Of a stretch of 64,000 nt of DNA, positions 62,204 through 64,000 are shown one piece after another. The notes under the pieces were generated by a model. That model saw nothing but the letters and a program-made list of their open reading frames with translations. It did not search any database and was not told the origin of the DNA. This DNA is from Octopus sinensis (Eukaryota). The stretch covers positions 125,116,001-125,180,000 of the forward strand of contig NC_042998.1 in assembly GCF_006345805.1 (NCBI RefSeq), given 5' to 3'. The position numbers and the translations under genes were made by a program. Positions within the stretch are counted from its first letter, which is position 1. Each line of letters begins with the position of its first letter.

Positions 62204-63049
62204 CATACATATATATGCATGTAGAATATAATATATTGAATATATGTTATGTATATGAATTTGTGTGTGTATGTGTGTGCGTGTGTGTGCGCGTGTGTGT
62301 GTACGCGCCTACAAGGATAAAGCCTTATGTTGGCAGTGAAACTCTTTATTCTTTATACTTCTCTCGAAATCAAAGTATCCTTTGGACAAAAAAATCTCTT
62401 AAAATATCTTCATTTAAATAAATCAGTTTGCTAACATATTGACGTCAGAGAAAAATATGAACACTTTTATATGAACTCTAAAAGAAATGAAAACTTCTAA
62501 GGTTTCGTCACGCCCCCACCTAATTCGGCTTTATACAAGATATCTAAATATCTGCATGATATCGTCGTGATACCAGCAGTTTTGATTTGTTTTTTATATT
62601 TACTTATCAGATATTTCAAGTTGCATATATTGATTTCAAGACCAGTTTTAGCATGGGTGAATGAATGCATAGTTGATTGACTCAACCCAAATATATTAAT
62701 GGTACTTATTTTATTTGACTCTGAATAGATTAAAGCATATCCGAGCACAACTGGGTTTGAAATAAGGAAATAAAAATAGAAAATAAATACAAGATTTAAT
62801 GCATTTCATCCTGTGCTCTCCGTTTATACTAACCTATATAGTATTGATTTCTAACATTGGAGCAAGGCAGCTACGTATTTGGGAGAAGGACAGTATCTAT
62901 TAAATGAGCCAAGCTCTTCACTGGTACTTACTTCATCGACAGCTGCGTGGCTTGAACTCAGAATATTGAAATACAAAGAAAAATAAACAAAATGTATAAT
63001 AGATTTGGTATGCTGCTTTGAAGTGTCTACTAAATATTGTTTTCAAATT

Positions 63050-63252
63050 GTGACACAATGCCAGCAACTTCGAGGGAGGGAGAAGGTCGGTTGCATCGAC
63101 CCCAGTACTAAATGGTACTTATTTTATCGAACCCGAAAGGATGAAAGGCAAAGTCTACCTCGGCGGAATTTGAACTCAGAACGTAATAACGGACGATGTG
63201 CCGCAAAGCATTTTTTCCATGCGGGCTAACGATTCTGCCAGCTCATCGCCTT
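63050..63252 (-). mobile_element. SINE family B
   Basis: GGTACTTATTTTATCGAACCCGAAAGGATGAAAGGCAAAGT..GGAATTTGAACTCAGAACG..CGATTCTGCCAGCTC is the reverse complement of the family B head and core. Confidence 0.85.
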
Positions 63253-64000
63253 TGATTTCTCTCTTAAGTAGAAACGAATTTTGTAATATACAGATTAAAC
63301 AACTGAACATTTCTGTTCCTTTTCCTGTTCAAAAGACAGTTGTATCGTCACCTTTTTATGTACCTGATGTGTGATACAGTCGGTGCTGGCCAAAACAACC
63401 AGCTAACACTCACAATTGGCTTCTCACAGTACATATGTTAAACCATGCATTGTTTATATGCCGTATGAGAGAGGATATCAATGTTTGTCAATCAGCTAGC
63501 AGTACTATAGGAATGTGCGAAGAAGCAGTTTGTTGTAAAACTATGACGCTATATATTACATATTTATTCTACATGGGGTATTGTGCTCTCTTTTATGTTG
63601 TTCCAGTATTACTGAGTTCGTATCTCACTTACTGACACAAGCAGAGTAAATTCCGCTCTCACCTATTGAGTACTGTAAACTAACCAAGAAATACATTTGT
63701 AACTGCAGACCCTCCATTACTAAATCATAATATCAGAAACCACCTGAGACCATTGATGTGCGATACTGTTGGGGTATATTCTAATAGTCTAGACCGATTA
63801 AGGATCCAGTTTTGTATTAGAGATTTGTATATAGATTTGTATTGCTTGTATGTGCAGTCAAGTGGAGGTTTCTATAGCGATTTGTGATATAGTGATAACT
63901 GAAATGTTAATATGATGCTAAGTTATTATTTCTAACGATGTGGTCACTGAAGTTTATCAATTCTCTACGAATAGTACTGCATTACTGCATTTTTAATGGC

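Overview
This is a very AT-rich, microsatellite-saturated animal genomic window. It is most likely an octopus or other cephalopod, inferred from the tRNA/CORE-type SINE families and the extreme (TA)n/(CA)n/(AAT)n load. I could not recognise any host protein-coding gene; almost all ORF-track entries are microsatellite or antisense artefacts. The window is a mobile-element landscape. It holds a near-intact 5.9-kb Tx1/L1-clade LINE flanked by (TTA)n (54.8-60.7 kb), a ~4.6-kb decayed CR1-clade LINE (12.8-17.4 kb), and a 5'-truncated R4/Dong-type RLE retrotransposon in (TAA)n (41.0-41.75 kb). It also has RTE and CR1 fragments, three Tc1/mariner relics, several MITE/foldback elements and at least four SINE-like families with nested insertions. 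The most notable signal is a set of minimal type I hammerhead ribozymes (HHRs) with palindromic stem III, typical of Penelope-like elements (PLEs). Two head-to-head pairs sit in foldbacks (20.8 and 24.3-24.9 kb), one HHR is solo (19.0 kb), and one lies in the tail of a putative tRNA-headed SINE. That SINE's internal (AAT)n tract seems to have served as a landing pad for other microsatellite-targeting retroelements. All family names come from motif recognition; no database search was run.
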